Shown one piece after another: positions 18,347 through 28,130 of a stretch of 64,000 bases of DNA. Position 1 is the stretch's first letter; each line of letters starts with the position of its first letter. The DNA is from an uncultured Candidatus Saccharibacteria bacterium (GTDB taxonomy: Bacteria; Patescibacteriota; Andersenbacteria; UBA10190). The notes below the pieces were generated by a model, which worked only from the letters and a program-made list of their open reading frames with translations, did no database searches and had not been told where the DNA came from. Location of the stretch: positions 5,379 to 69,378 of the forward strand of contig CAYVFG010000002.1 in the NCBI GenBank assembly GCA_964450915.1. Reading direction: 5' to 3'. The position numbers were made by a program, and so were the translations under genes.

Positions 18347-20728
18347 ATGCATACAGGGGCATTTTTAAAACTATTTACGTATGTTCGGTCATATCCCGTA
18401 GTAGTTTTATTCTGCCTGTTTCTTATTGTGATTGCATGCTACCTTGCCGCGCCTATTTCATACAGCCGCATAATCCCAGCTCCGCAAGGCGAAAATGATC
18501 GATTGTATTTTGGGGGCGCGAAAGTCGTGTCCCAAGAATTTATTCCGCACACCGGGTTGTCGGAAATTAACGTTCCGGTAGGAAGCGCCGATCATCCTAA
18601 GACTCCTCTTATATTGCATATTCGAAAATCAGCTGACAGTAGTGACATTGTGGCCATACCGCTCTTCTCGCTACAAAATGAAACTGCAAAGTTCAGATTC
18701 AATCCGATACTGCTGCCGCCTTCTCGTTTAGTGTGGATTATTGAGGCTCCGCACGCTGCAGGAAATTCGTTTTGGACATATCGCGAACAGGATGTCACGG
18801 CGTTTCCGGAAGGCCACACATATCAAAATAACAGATCCGTTAAAGGTAATATCGGATTTTCGGAGGTATGGACATATCCAAGATTCGCAGCAATTATTCA
18901 TACATTTAAAACATCGTCAGGGCATGGATTTGCTCCATTCGAATATGCCAGCGCGTACGCGGGGATTGCGGCACTTGCGGGTGCTATGCTGCTGAAGCGA
19001 CGAAACATAGCCGAAAAAACTATTGTGCTATGGTGCATTGCACTTGGAATAGCTCTGCATATATGGCTCGCCCTCACCACGCCCGTTATTATTGATGAAG
19101 GCGCTTATATTCAGGATATATTGCAGGCATCGCACCATCTGCTCCCGTTCCGAGATTTTCTTACAAAAGGCCCCGCATACCTATTTATATTGTGGTTGTG
19201 GAGTTTTATAGTGCCGCACACCGTTGTTGCATGGAGGCTCCTCTCGGCAATCTTATGGGCATTGGGGACGTGGTGGTTTTGGCAGCTTGCAATTGAATTT
19301 GATTTGCAGAAACGCTCTCGACTTCTCGCGACTGCGGCATTCGGCATTATGCCGGCATCAATAGCGCTGAGTACGCCTTTGTTGCTCGAAACCGCAAGTA
19401 TCCCAATTTCTCTGTTAGGGCTTTTATGCATCATCCGATCAGCAAAAAAATCTTCCTGGAAACTTGCAGCGCTTGCAGGGGCAGTGTTTGCAATGGCATT
19501 TTTCGTGCGTGTTACTGCTGCTATTCCCGCATGTATTGCATTGATCGCGCTTCTCGTGTTTGCTAAAAAACAATTCAAAATAAAGTTAGCAGGTGCGTAT
19601 ATTGCAACTGGGCTTTTATTATTCGGTCTGATGTTCTGCTCGAGTGTGGCAATTATGGGCATTCATAAAGCATCCGTCGTGGTAAATATGGAAGCTCTCC
19701 TTATTTCTCAGAATCGCCAGCAGAATGTTCAAGTTTCTGATGCGCCCAGCGACCCTGCGTTTAGAACTATTATTATTCAATCTCGATTGCTATGGAGAAC
19801 TGGTGTTTTGTTTGTTGCGTCGCTTTTCTTAATTCCTCTCCTGCTTATTGATCGTCGAAGAATTCTACTGTCGTTTTCCATTTTTACTGCCCTGTTCTTT
19901 GCATGCAGATACGTTGTTCTTACGTTGTACGATACCGGGTTTTTGTTGCCGAAACACTTCGCCACCTCAGTACCGTTTATATTGATTATGATTATTGGAG
20001 TCCCGCTCCTTACTGCGTTCGCGGCGTTTTTCTATAATCGAACCGAAAAGATGCGAGACCACTCAACACAAGCCCTTTTCGTCATACTATTCTTGGTATG
20101 GCTTGCGTTCTCGGGGTACGCGTATGCAAAATATGGAAGATTTCGTCAAAGTTACCTTACTGAATTCATCCCTCAGCTGGCACTCTTTTTCGGAGTCGGG
20201 TTTCATTTCCTATTTACTACTTGGAGTGCCATAAGGCCCGTATGGCTTTCTCGGCTACTCACTGGCGGGATGTTGTTTTTAATGGGCGCAGGCGTATATC
20301 AAGGGTATGCAATGGCTGAGATGTTCCCGCATACCGGTACGGTGGATCAGGGAAGTCTCGTTCGTATTGTGAGGCTTATTCAAGAAAATGTTCCAAAAGG
20401 GGATATGATCTTTACTGCCCAGCCGGTAGCAACTGCGTTTTCTGAGCGACAGATCATGTTCGGGTATTCTCATCCCGGGTGGTATCGGGAAGCTATGTTC
20501 GGTACCGTTTCTGTAGAATTACGGAATCTATTATTCAGGACTCCTGAGGCGATAACCGATTATTTAAAACATGAAGCTGAATTCGTGCTGACGGATAGCA
20601 GAACAAATGAAATCTATTTCGATGGATATCCGGAGCGTGCTGCTATCCTGAAACAGGATTTTGAAGAAATTTCCTCCACTATAAACGAAACTGCAGGAGA
20701 TACGTACACCCTTTACCGTCGGCGCTAA
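18347..20728 (+). CDS. GT-C (ArnT/PMT_2-like) glycosyltransferase with N-terminal beta-rich domain
   Basis: IIDEGAY...PFRDF.TKGP; C-terminal FTAQPV/HPGWY domain. Confidence 0.85.
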   Translation: MHTGAFLKLFTYVRSYPVVVLFCLFLIVIACYLAAPISYSRIIPAPQGENDRLYFGGAKVVSQEFIPHTGLSEINVPVGSADHPKTPLILHIRKSADSSDIVAIPLFSLQNETAKFRFNPILLPPSRLVWIIEAPHAAGNSFWTYREQDVTAFPEGHTYQNNRSVKGNIGFSEVWTYPRFAAIIHTFKTSSGHGFAPFEYASAYAGIAALAGAMLLKRRNIAEKTIVLWCIALGIALHIWLALTTPVIIDEGAYIQDILQASHHLLPFRDFLTKGPAYLFILWLWSFIVPHTVVAWRLLSAILWALGTWWFWQLAIEFDLQKRSRLLATAAFGIMPASIALSTPLLLETASIPISLLGLLCIIRSAKKSSWKLAALAGAVFAMAFFVRVTAAIPACIALIALLVFAKKQFKIKLAGAYIATGLLLFGLMFCSSVAIMGIHKASVVVNMEALLISQNRQQNVQVSDAPSDPAFRTIIIQSRLLWRTGVLFVASLFLIPLLLIDRRRILLSFSIFTALFFACRYVVLTLYDTGFLLPKHFATSVPFILIMIIGVPLLTAFAAFFYNRTEKMRDHSTQALFVILFLVWLAFSGYAYAKYGRFRQSYLTEFIPQLALFFGVGFHFLFTTWSAIRPVWLSRLLTGGMLFLMGAGVYQGYAMAEMFPHTGTVDQGSLVRIVRLIQENVPKGDMIFTAQPVATAFSERQIMFGYSHPGWYREAMFGTVSVELRNLLFRTPEAITDYLKHEAEFVLTDSRTNEIYFDGYPERAAILKQDFEEISSTINETAGDTYTLYRRR

Positions 20729-22167
20729 CGCTTGAATATCCACACGTACGGGAGGCCGTTGATAGTGACAATATGATCGGGTGTTTTGTTGCTCTGCAGA
20801 TAGTTATTTACAATATCTGTTTCAGGGGCGTCGGCACCTCGTTCAAACATGGACCGATATATTACTACATAGTCAGCGTTAGAGTCGTCGATGTGCGTTA
20901 TAGGGTCAACCTGGCCATTGTAAAAGTATTGGAACACGCTTCCGTAATATGACAGTACTTTAGCTCCTGGATGATTCGTTTGTATCCATGCAGCAGCTTG
21001 TTCCAACCCTTCCCCCCAGCCGAGCTTATGCTGTGCCTCAATCGGATATAGTCGGTTATACTGAGCCAAATAATAGGGATATAAGCGAATATCGTCGATT
21101 GCTAAATATGCAATTGGAATCGCAATTGCCAGTAGAGCCCATCGTTTTGCGTATCGAAGGCCAAGGGGCGCGGCGATTACTAATGTCAGCATTGAAAATA
21201 ATACATATCGATCGCTTTTATCTGATCCAGTATTCAAAACGAATGCAAATATCGCCCCTGCGAACAAGAAGAATGTTACGGTAGCAGCGTGTCGAGATTT
21301 TCTGATATTCTTTAGTTGCCATAATCCAAATGGCAGCAATAGTGCTACTGGTACGGACATGCGGAAGAATATTTCTCGCGCATAGTACCAGGAGGCAGAC
21401 GTCGTTTGCTGTTCTCGTGTTCCTTCGGTATGCAGAGTTGCTCGGGTGAACAGCAAGTTCCACACCTTATCGGCATGAAACCATAGCGCTGGCCAAGCAA
21501 TGAATACGGACAGTGCAAACACCCCTATCCATAAGCACGACAATCTAACAAGAGTTCTGAGTCTATGATTCTTCTTCCAATTTTTCCATACAATAATTGC
21601 CAATGCTGTTGGAATAAGGATGATGGCAAATATTTTTGTGAGCAGCGCGAATGCTCCAAAGATGGCGCTTGCAATAATATATCTTCGCTGAACACGGGGT
21701 GTTATAAATGCACATAACAGGCTGGCGATAGATGCAAGATAGAACAATGCGAGCAGTGCATCCGTGTGAGCTATTCTGCTATGTGCGATTAAAAACGGAT
21801 CGAGTGCAAGAAAGAATCCTGTAATGAGTCCCCAGCGCTTGCCGATGAGCAGTATAAGAAAATAGGTAATAATGACAATAAGGATGCTTGTTGCAAGCGC
21901 GATTGCTGTTTGGGCAGCTGCAAGGGATCGCCATGGGGTAGAAAATCCAATGAGCCAGGTTGTGGTAACGCCTGGCTGGCCTGCTATGAGCGTTCGTTCA
22001 AAATTCCCTACAGAAAGACCGTTTATAAATGTTGCTCCTCGAGACATCCAAAGAGGCTCATCTGTAGTAAGGATATGGCCTAATCCGACGAGGCGGGGAA
22101 TAAAGACTGTTGATAGGAATATGAGGCCCACTATATATTTCTTTGTGCGCTGATCCAGAAATTTCAT
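20725..22167 (-). CDS. GT-C (PMT_2-like) glycosyltransferase
   Basis: TTDEPLW, QPGVTT, SRIAHTD, GWGEGL. Confidence 0.85.
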   Translation of the reverse strand: MKFLDQRTKKYIVGLIFLSTVFIPRLVGLGHILTTDEPLWMSRGATFINGLSVGNFERTLIAGQPGVTTTWLIGFSTPWRSLAAAQTAIALATSILIVIITYFLILLIGKRWGLITGFFLALDPFLIAHSRIAHTDALLALFYLASIASLLCAFITPRVQRRYIIASAIFGAFALLTKIFAIILIPTALAIIVWKNWKKNHRLRTLVRLSCLWIGVFALSVFIAWPALWFHADKVWNLLFTRATLHTEGTREQQTTSASWYYAREIFFRMSVPVALLLPFGLWQLKNIRKSRHAATVTFFLFAGAIFAFVLNTGSDKSDRYVLFSMLTLVIAAPLGLRYAKRWALLAIAIPIAYLAIDDIRLYPYYLAQYNRLYPIEAQHKLGWGEGLEQAAAWIQTNHPGAKVLSYYGSVFQYFYNGQVDPITHIDDSNADYVVIYRSMFERGADAPETDIVNNYLQSNKTPDHIVTINGLPYVWIFKR

Positions 22168-22184
22168 ATGATTGATGCTGGCGA

Positions 22185-22892
22185 CTATTTTCGCGCAACT
22201 GCAATAAAATGCAATGCGAATATTTTTTTCTTGTCGCTATGATTATCGAGCAAAATTGCCATTTCCCCAGTGATTTTGCTTATTTGAAATACGATTGGCC
22301 ATACAAGTGGAATGTGATATGTCATTCCGACTGCCGTTGTTGCAATAATTCCTTGCAAGAACGAAAACAAGCTGCCAGAGGGTTCAAGATGCTCAACGGT
22401 GAATCCTACGCGTTCGAGCAATGTTCGAAGTCCATACTTCGTGTATCGATAGAAATCATTTGGTTCGTTGTGCAGATACATAAGGTGGGGAATGGAGATC
22501 ACCAGCTTTCCTCCCGGTTTGAGTACTCGATAAATTTCTCGCAACGCTTTTTCTGGATCGGGAACATGCTCCAGCACCTCTGCAGAAAGGACGGTATCGA
22601 ATGATTCGTCTGCAATTGGCATGTCTTGAATATCGGATTGGTAATCTAGCTCTGGGTGAGTATTGAACACATCCATGCTTTTATATTCCTCGCAAAAAGG
22701 AAGCACCAAGTGGCGGTAAGAAAGTTTGCCAGCCCCTGCATCAAGTAATTTTCCGCGAATATTTTCTTTATTGAGAATCTTTTTAAAGTCTACTAAGAGG
22801 GAATATCCAAGAGCGCTTCGTTCCCAAAAGGCATCAGAGCCGGACAGATTGTCAGAAGATTTGCTCCAATTGCTTTTAATCTTGTCATACAT
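22185..22892 (-). CDS. Class I SAM-dependent methyltransferase
   Basis: LLDAGAG, FDTVLSAEVLEHVPDP, LKPGG, PNDFYRYT; TGA-TATGCT 6 nt before the ATG. Confidence 0.9.
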   Translation of the reverse strand: MYDKIKSNWSKSSDNLSGSDAFWERSALGYSLLVDFKKILNKENIRGKLLDAGAGKLSYRHLVLPFCEEYKSMDVFNTHPELDYQSDIQDMPIADESFDTVLSAEVLEHVPDPEKALREIYRVLKPGGKLVISIPHLMYLHNEPNDFYRYTKYGLRTLLERVGFTVEHLEPSGSLFSFLQGIIATTAVGMTYHIPLVWPIVFQISKITGEMAILLDNHSDKKKIFALHFIAVARK

Positions 22893-22976
22893 TGCTTGAG
22901 CATATCATGTGATTTTTTTAAAAAAAAGCCCAACGAGCTACTGTCTTTATCCCGGATGATTTGATATTATGTTTTT

Positions 22977-24494
22977 ATGAATTCAAGTACTGTTCGGTTT
23001 TTTAGCGTATTGGCTGTAGCGTCCTTCCTCCTCCATCTCTTTTTAATTCCCCAGCTCAATATCATCGAAGATGAGAGCGCATATATGCAAGACGCTGCTC
23101 AGATTACAGCCCACGTGCTCCCATTTCGAGATTTCGGCGGAACGAAGGGGCCGTTGTGGCTCGTCATCTTCCATGGATGGCAAAGCGCGTTCGGCCATTC
23201 CCTTCTTGCGACGAGACTCTTTTCTTCTCTCGCCCATATCGCGTCGATATTCTTACTATGGTATTTCATCAAAACATTTCGTGTTTCAGATAAAGTTGCA
23301 TACATTGCTACCGCATTGTGGGGGTTGTCTCCGGTTGTGGTGAGCTTAACTACCAATATTACGCATATTCCACTTGAGTTGGTATGCGTCTTTGCTGCGT
23401 TCCTGTGTCTTCGGCAGGCGCGATACCGATACTTCTTTTTGGCCGGCCTACTGCTATTTGCTGCGCTGCTCATGAGGGCTACTGCCATCGCCTTTATTCC
23501 TTCTGCGCTTATCCTCATTCTCATTCGTACCGACAGGTGGGCAGTATTGTGGCGCGTTGTTGTGGCCGGATTGATAGCTCTTCTTGCTACGCTTGCTGTC
23601 GTATATCCGCTCTACGGTTGGCCAAAAACGGCATTCTTCTTTAATGCGGATGCGACGCTGATTGCTAATAAACAACGAGCTGTATACGCAGTATCTCAAG
23701 GCTCCATGTTTGATATGATCTATCAGGCTATTCAACCGCTTAGGGATGATGGACTAAGCATTCTGCTACCGGCCCTTTTATTGCCGTTGGTGCTTATATG
23801 GAAAGCAATTCGAAAGACGCAATTTCCTGCAGGGCTTGTTATGTTAATTTTAGTTTGGATAGGAAGTTTTCTTGTGTTTTATAAAGGATGGGGAAGATCT
23901 CCTACGCCATTTTATCCGCTCGAGTCAATTGCCGCGTTATGCATTGCGGCTGCACTTTCCATAGAGCAAGTGCTTGCCTGGGGTGAGAGGTTCAAATATA
24001 AGCATCTGGTTTCCGATGCATTGCTGATATTATTTGCAGCAAATATATTACTTACGTTTCACACTATTCCCGATCATCAGTATCGCGGTACGGTTGAGGT
24101 TTCGGCTGCCGAAGATGTTGCAAAGTACCTGAAAGAAAATGTTCAGCCGGGAGAAAACGTATTTACTGCTCAGCCAGTGTTCGTATATTTTGCAAACCTG
24201 CCTCTATACGGAAGGTGGACGCATCCCGGATGGTATCTCTCTGAGCGCGCAGGATATTTGCCTACAGAAATCAGACGGGTATTTTTCCCCGATATGGATG
24301 TTCTTACGAAAAAAGTTGCCAAAGATGTGACATGGATCGTTCTGGATTGGCGTACGCAAGATGTGTACTTCAACGAAGGAAATCCGAAGACAGAAGGGTT
24401 GCGAACTCTTCTTGCAACGAAGTTTGAAGATCTCCAGCAAGTTTCGAATTCCGCCTCTCGCGATATTCACATCTATCATAGGATTAAAAAATAG
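22977..24494 (+). CDS. GT-C (ArnT/PMT_2-like) glycosyltransferase
   Basis: IEDESAY...PFRDF..TKGP, FTAQPV/HPGWY; TGA-TATTAT 6 nt before the ATG. Confidence 0.85.
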   Translation: MNSSTVRFFSVLAVASFLLHLFLIPQLNIIEDESAYMQDAAQITAHVLPFRDFGGTKGPLWLVIFHGWQSAFGHSLLATRLFSSLAHIASIFLLWYFIKTFRVSDKVAYIATALWGLSPVVVSLTTNITHIPLELVCVFAAFLCLRQARYRYFFLAGLLLFAALLMRATAIAFIPSALILILIRTDRWAVLWRVVVAGLIALLATLAVVYPLYGWPKTAFFFNADATLIANKQRAVYAVSQGSMFDMIYQAIQPLRDDGLSILLPALLLPLVLIWKAIRKTQFPAGLVMLILVWIGSFLVFYKGWGRSPTPFYPLESIAALCIAAALSIEQVLAWGERFKYKHLVSDALLILFAANILLTFHTIPDHQYRGTVEVSAAEDVAKYLKENVQPGENVFTAQPVFVYFANLPLYGRWTHPGWYLSERAGYLPTEIRRVFFPDMDVLTKKVAKDVTWIVLDWRTQDVYFNEGNPKTEGLRTLLATKFEDLQQVSNSASRDIHIYHRIKK

Positions 24495-24500
24495 CACTAT

Positions 24501-24704
24501 ATGAAATACTTGATAGTAAAATATCTTTGCGTGAGCGTTATAGGTGCATCATTAAACTATTTCGGTGGGGTAGTGTTAAGTGACATTATGGGCATCAAAT
24601 ATTACATCGCAGGCGTCATTGTGCTTCCGGTATCGTTTTGTATCGGTTTTGTGCTGAATAAGTATTGGGTATTTAAAACTCCAGAAGTCGTAAACGATAA
24701 ATAA
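24501..24704 (+). CDS. Half-size GtrA-family protein (2 TM)
   Basis: KYLCVSVIG...LNKYWVF matches the N-terminal half of GtrA; 67 aa. Confidence 0.75.
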   Translation: MKYLIVKYLCVSVIGASLNYFGGVVLSDIMGIKYYIAGVIVLPVSFCIGFVLNKYWVFKTPEVVNDK

Positions 24705-24709
24705 AATTA

Positions 24710-26170
24710 TTATTTCGTTTTATATATCCAAACGTACTGTTCTCCATTGAGAGTTATTATTTTCTCCGGCGTCTTTGAGGCATAGTCTTTCAATACTTTT
24801 GTTTCCCAACGTTCGGGAGCTCTGCCTTCCATTGTCCTGTACAGCACCACATAATCTGCGCCTATTTCTTCTGCAGATTCTTTTCCTAATCGTTCTGCCG
24901 AGGTAAATTGTCCTTTGAAATGATAGGCGAATGATCCTTCGTAGTAGGCGGCAACAAGGAGATGTTCTGCATTTGGTTTGGTATTTAAGTAGTACGCTGC
25001 AAGATCAAGCCCCTCGCCCCATCCCATCGTGCGCCCTTGTGCTACGGAGGAGAATAAGGGGTTTCTATATGCAAGAAGATAAGGGTGCAACCTGATTGCC
25101 TCATGTGCTTGAAAGCCTATTCCCGTAATGCACACTATGAGAATGATGTTTTTTAGATATTTTTGCTTTGCCATGGCGTACGCTGTGGCAATAGAAAGCG
25201 TTGTGAGAATATCGAAGCCCAGAAAGACGGGGAGCATGTATCGATCTCCTTTTTTGATGGAATACTGAATTTCAAGGAAGAACATAATGCAGTATGCGAT
25301 GCCCAGTATGAGAGGCAGGCGATATTTGCTCTGCTTCCATAATGCTACGGGAACAAGGATGATTCCGATGAGCTGCAGAGGAGTTGTCCATAGCAAGAAC
25401 GCTTGCGGATACCACCATGGCCCTAATGCGTGCACCTGCTGAGTGAAGTGTTCTGTGGTAAAAAATGTACGGCTGCCTTGCCATACGTATTGAATATTTG
25501 TAATGAGAGTAGGGAATATAAGAATTGCTGCGCCCAGCATGCAAGAAATGTATATTACTATACCTTTTTGTAAGTCTTTCCAAGAAATATTCTTTGATGC
25601 AAGCGCAATGATATTTGCTATCACAAAGTAGGGGAGAATCCCAAATGCGGAAAGTTTTGATAATAGGGCAAGGGCGGTAAATACTCCTGCCCACGCAATA
25701 TCACTTGATCGTTTTTCTTTTATCCACAGAAGATGTTGCAGAAATGCTGCGATCATAAATATGCTCAACAGCGCGTCCATCGCGAGCACGCGCGAGTGGG
25801 CAATGAGCATGGGGTTAAGCGCCAGTAAAAATCCGCCTAGCAGCGCTGGGGCATCTCCCCATAGTCTTCTGAGGAGATAGGATAAATACAGGATAAATAC
25901 TCCAACAAAGAGCGCCAGGGGCAATCTTTTTTCGCCCCAGGTTGGCGCATCTATGGTTGCTGCGGCAAGCCATTGGGTCGTAATCCCCGGATGGGGTTGT
26001 TGATATAAGCCTTTAAAATCACCTGTTTTGAGCGCTTCTTTAAACCCTATCGTATTCTTTTCCCACTGAGTTTCATCGGGGGATGTAAAGGCATCAAGCG
26101 TGGCAATTCGAGGCACGATTGCGGTTAAAATAAGGAGGAGATATAGGCTATAAAAAAGACGGTTATTCAT
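24710..26170 (-). CDS. GT-C (PMT_2-like) glycosyltransferase
   Basis: SPDETQW, HPGITT, SRVLAMD, GWGEGL; TATACT 6 nt before ATG26170. Confidence 0.85.
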   Translation of the reverse strand: MNNRLFYSLYLLLILTAIVPRIATLDAFTSPDETQWEKNTIGFKEALKTGDFKGLYQQPHPGITTQWLAAATIDAPTWGEKRLPLALFVGVFILYLSYLLRRLWGDAPALLGGFLLALNPMLIAHSRVLAMDALLSIFMIAAFLQHLLWIKEKRSSDIAWAGVFTALALLSKLSAFGILPYFVIANIIALASKNISWKDLQKGIVIYISCMLGAAILIFPTLITNIQYVWQGSRTFFTTEHFTQQVHALGPWWYPQAFLLWTTPLQLIGIILVPVALWKQSKYRLPLILGIAYCIMFFLEIQYSIKKGDRYMLPVFLGFDILTTLSIATAYAMAKQKYLKNIILIVCITGIGFQAHEAIRLHPYLLAYRNPLFSSVAQGRTMGWGEGLDLAAYYLNTKPNAEHLLVAAYYEGSFAYHFKGQFTSAERLGKESAEEIGADYVVLYRTMEGRAPERWETKVLKDYASKTPEKIITLNGEQYVWIYKTK

Positions 26171-26208
26171 GTGGACAGTATATACCAAATTAGTGCATAC
26201 TGTGATTT

Positions 26209-26934
26209 ATGGATGTACGAGAAGCATACGCACACTATCTATCAACCCACTTTGGACGATCGGGGCGTCAGGAGGACGAGAGTTTTTTATTTCAAGAACG
26301 GTACTTTAAGAAAAACTATTTGCCGTATCTTCCGAAAGATAAGAATGCCCGAATTATTGATTTGGGAACGGGATTAGGGCACGTGCTCTTTTTCCTCAAG
26401 CGTGCAGGATATAACAATATTTTAGGAGTTGACGTGGGCCACGAAGTGATTGAATTTTGCCACCAACATAAGTTCCCCGTAGTAGAAGAAGAAATTGTAA
26501 CGTGGCTCAAGCAGAATAAAGAATCTGCAGACGCATTGGTGCTTAATGACGTATTGGAACATCAGACGAAGCCTGAAATGTGGGCGATGCTTGAGGCGAT
26601 GCGTGCTGCGTTAAAGCCCGGAGGAGTTGTGCTAATCAAGGTTCCGAATATGGGAAACCCTCTATTGGGAAACGACAGCAGATATTTGGATATCACTCAT
26701 CAGAATGGATTTAACGAAAACAGCCTTCGCCAAGCGCTCTTCATGGCAAAGTATTCCAAAGTATTAGATGTGATTGGCCCGGATATTTATGTAACAACCG
26801 ACCCCATTGTTAATATTACTTGTCGCGCAATTGCGTTTGTATTAGATAAAATATTTTACGCAATTTTCAAGTTTTACGGACGTACGGATACGAAAATCTT
26901 CCGAAAAAACATTCTCGCTATCGCGCAGAAATAG
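26209..26934 (+). CDS. Class I SAM-dependent methyltransferase
   Basis: IIDLGTGLG, DVLEH, LKPGG, KVPN, YLDITH. Confidence 0.9.
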   Translation: MDVREAYAHYLSTHFGRSGRQEDESFLFQERYFKKNYLPYLPKDKNARIIDLGTGLGHVLFFLKRAGYNNILGVDVGHEVIEFCHQHKFPVVEEEIVTWLKQNKESADALVLNDVLEHQTKPEMWAMLEAMRAALKPGGVVLIKVPNMGNPLLGNDSRYLDITHQNGFNENSLRQALFMAKYSKVLDVIGPDIYVTTDPIVNITCRAIAFVLDKIFYAIFKFYGRTDTKIFRKNILAIAQK

Positions 26935-28120
26935 CCTGCTTATAGGCTTTCGTAATCCGATCTGCTACAGAATCCCACGAGTAATCTTGGACTGCTTTTT
27001 CTCGAACGCTGGCAGCTAACGCTGTGCGCTTGTCGTCATTTTCCAGAAGCGTAATCATCGCGTTTGCAAGGCCGGAAGGATTTTCCAGGTTGTATACATA
27101 AATGCCAAGGTCTCCGAGTATTTCTCGATTGAGAACAGAGTCAAATGCGATCGTTGGAAGCCCCGCAGCCATGTAGTTATATATTTTCCCATTTGCTTCG
27201 GTTTGGGAGCGCTTGGGTGCAACTGCAATGTCCCCTAAGCGTAGATACTTTGGAGCATCTTCGTACACAACTCTTCCGGTTATCCTGACTACGTCACGTA
27301 GGCCCATTTCTTGCACTCGTTGTCGATAGTGTTCTTCGTTCGGGTATCCCATCAAAAGAAGGAATGCGTTGGGAACTTTTTTAAGCACTTCCGGAAATGC
27401 TTCCAGCAATATATCCACTCCTTTATGAGGAGATAATCCGCCCAAATAGACAATCACTTTTTTCCCTGAGGGAATTGCAAGATCGTGAACCAATTTCGGA
27501 TCGCGATCTCCCGGGGTGAATACTTCCGTGCTTACTCCGTCGTATGCAAGAAATATATTCTTCGGAGAAACGGCAAACTGACGTTCTAACTCATCTTGCA
27601 TTTCCGTTGATTGAACAAGCGCGGCGTCTGCTAAGTGGTCGATTGCTCGTTCAAGTCCGTACCACATGTTTTTCATCCAGGTTGTTTTGACCAAGGGGAA
27701 GTTATGGGCGATCAATTCCCCTGTAAGGCTTCCTTGCATGTCAAAGACCAAGGGAATACCGAGTATTTTTTTTAGCATCCAGCCTAGCACGGCGCCTTCA
27801 TGGAGGTGGGCATGGATCACGTCTGGTTTAAAGCTTCGTGCCGTTTTCCATGCGGTAAAGAATAAGAGTGGATCTACATAAAATTTGTGCCAAGATGGGC
27901 CCGGCCCAAGCTTTTTGTACCAGGGCACGGTAGTAGTTCGAACGATATCCAAGCCTTTTAAATCGCGGCCCAAATGATATGTTACTATTTTTACTTCATA
28001 CCCCTTTCTTTGTAGCGCATATGCCTGTTCCGCAATATGCATATGGCATCCCCGATCGGCGAAGAATGGGGTGGGGGCTACTACGAGAATGCGGCGAGGC
28101 TGATTACGAGACGGTTCCAT
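26918..28120 (-). CDS. GT4 glycosyltransferase
   Basis: APTPFFADRGC, HAHLHEG, HKGVD, KIYNYMAAGLP. Confidence 0.9.
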   Translation of the reverse strand: MEPSRNQPRRILVVAPTPFFADRGCHMHIAEQAYALQRKGYEVKIVTYHLGRDLKGLDIVRTTTVPWYKKLGPGPSWHKFYVDPLLFFTAWKTARSFKPDVIHAHLHEGAVLGWMLKKILGIPLVFDMQGSLTGELIAHNFPLVKTTWMKNMWYGLERAIDHLADAALVQSTEMQDELERQFAVSPKNIFLAYDGVSTEVFTPGDRDPKLVHDLAIPSGKKVIVYLGGLSPHKGVDILLEAFPEVLKKVPNAFLLLMGYPNEEHYRQRVQEMGLRDVVRITGRVVYEDAPKYLRLGDIAVAPKRSQTEANGKIYNYMAAGLPTIAFDSVLNREILGDLGIYVYNLENPSGLANAMITLLENDDKRTALAASVREKAVQDYSWDSVADRITKAYKQAISAR

Positions 28121-28130
28121 ATGCTTCAGA

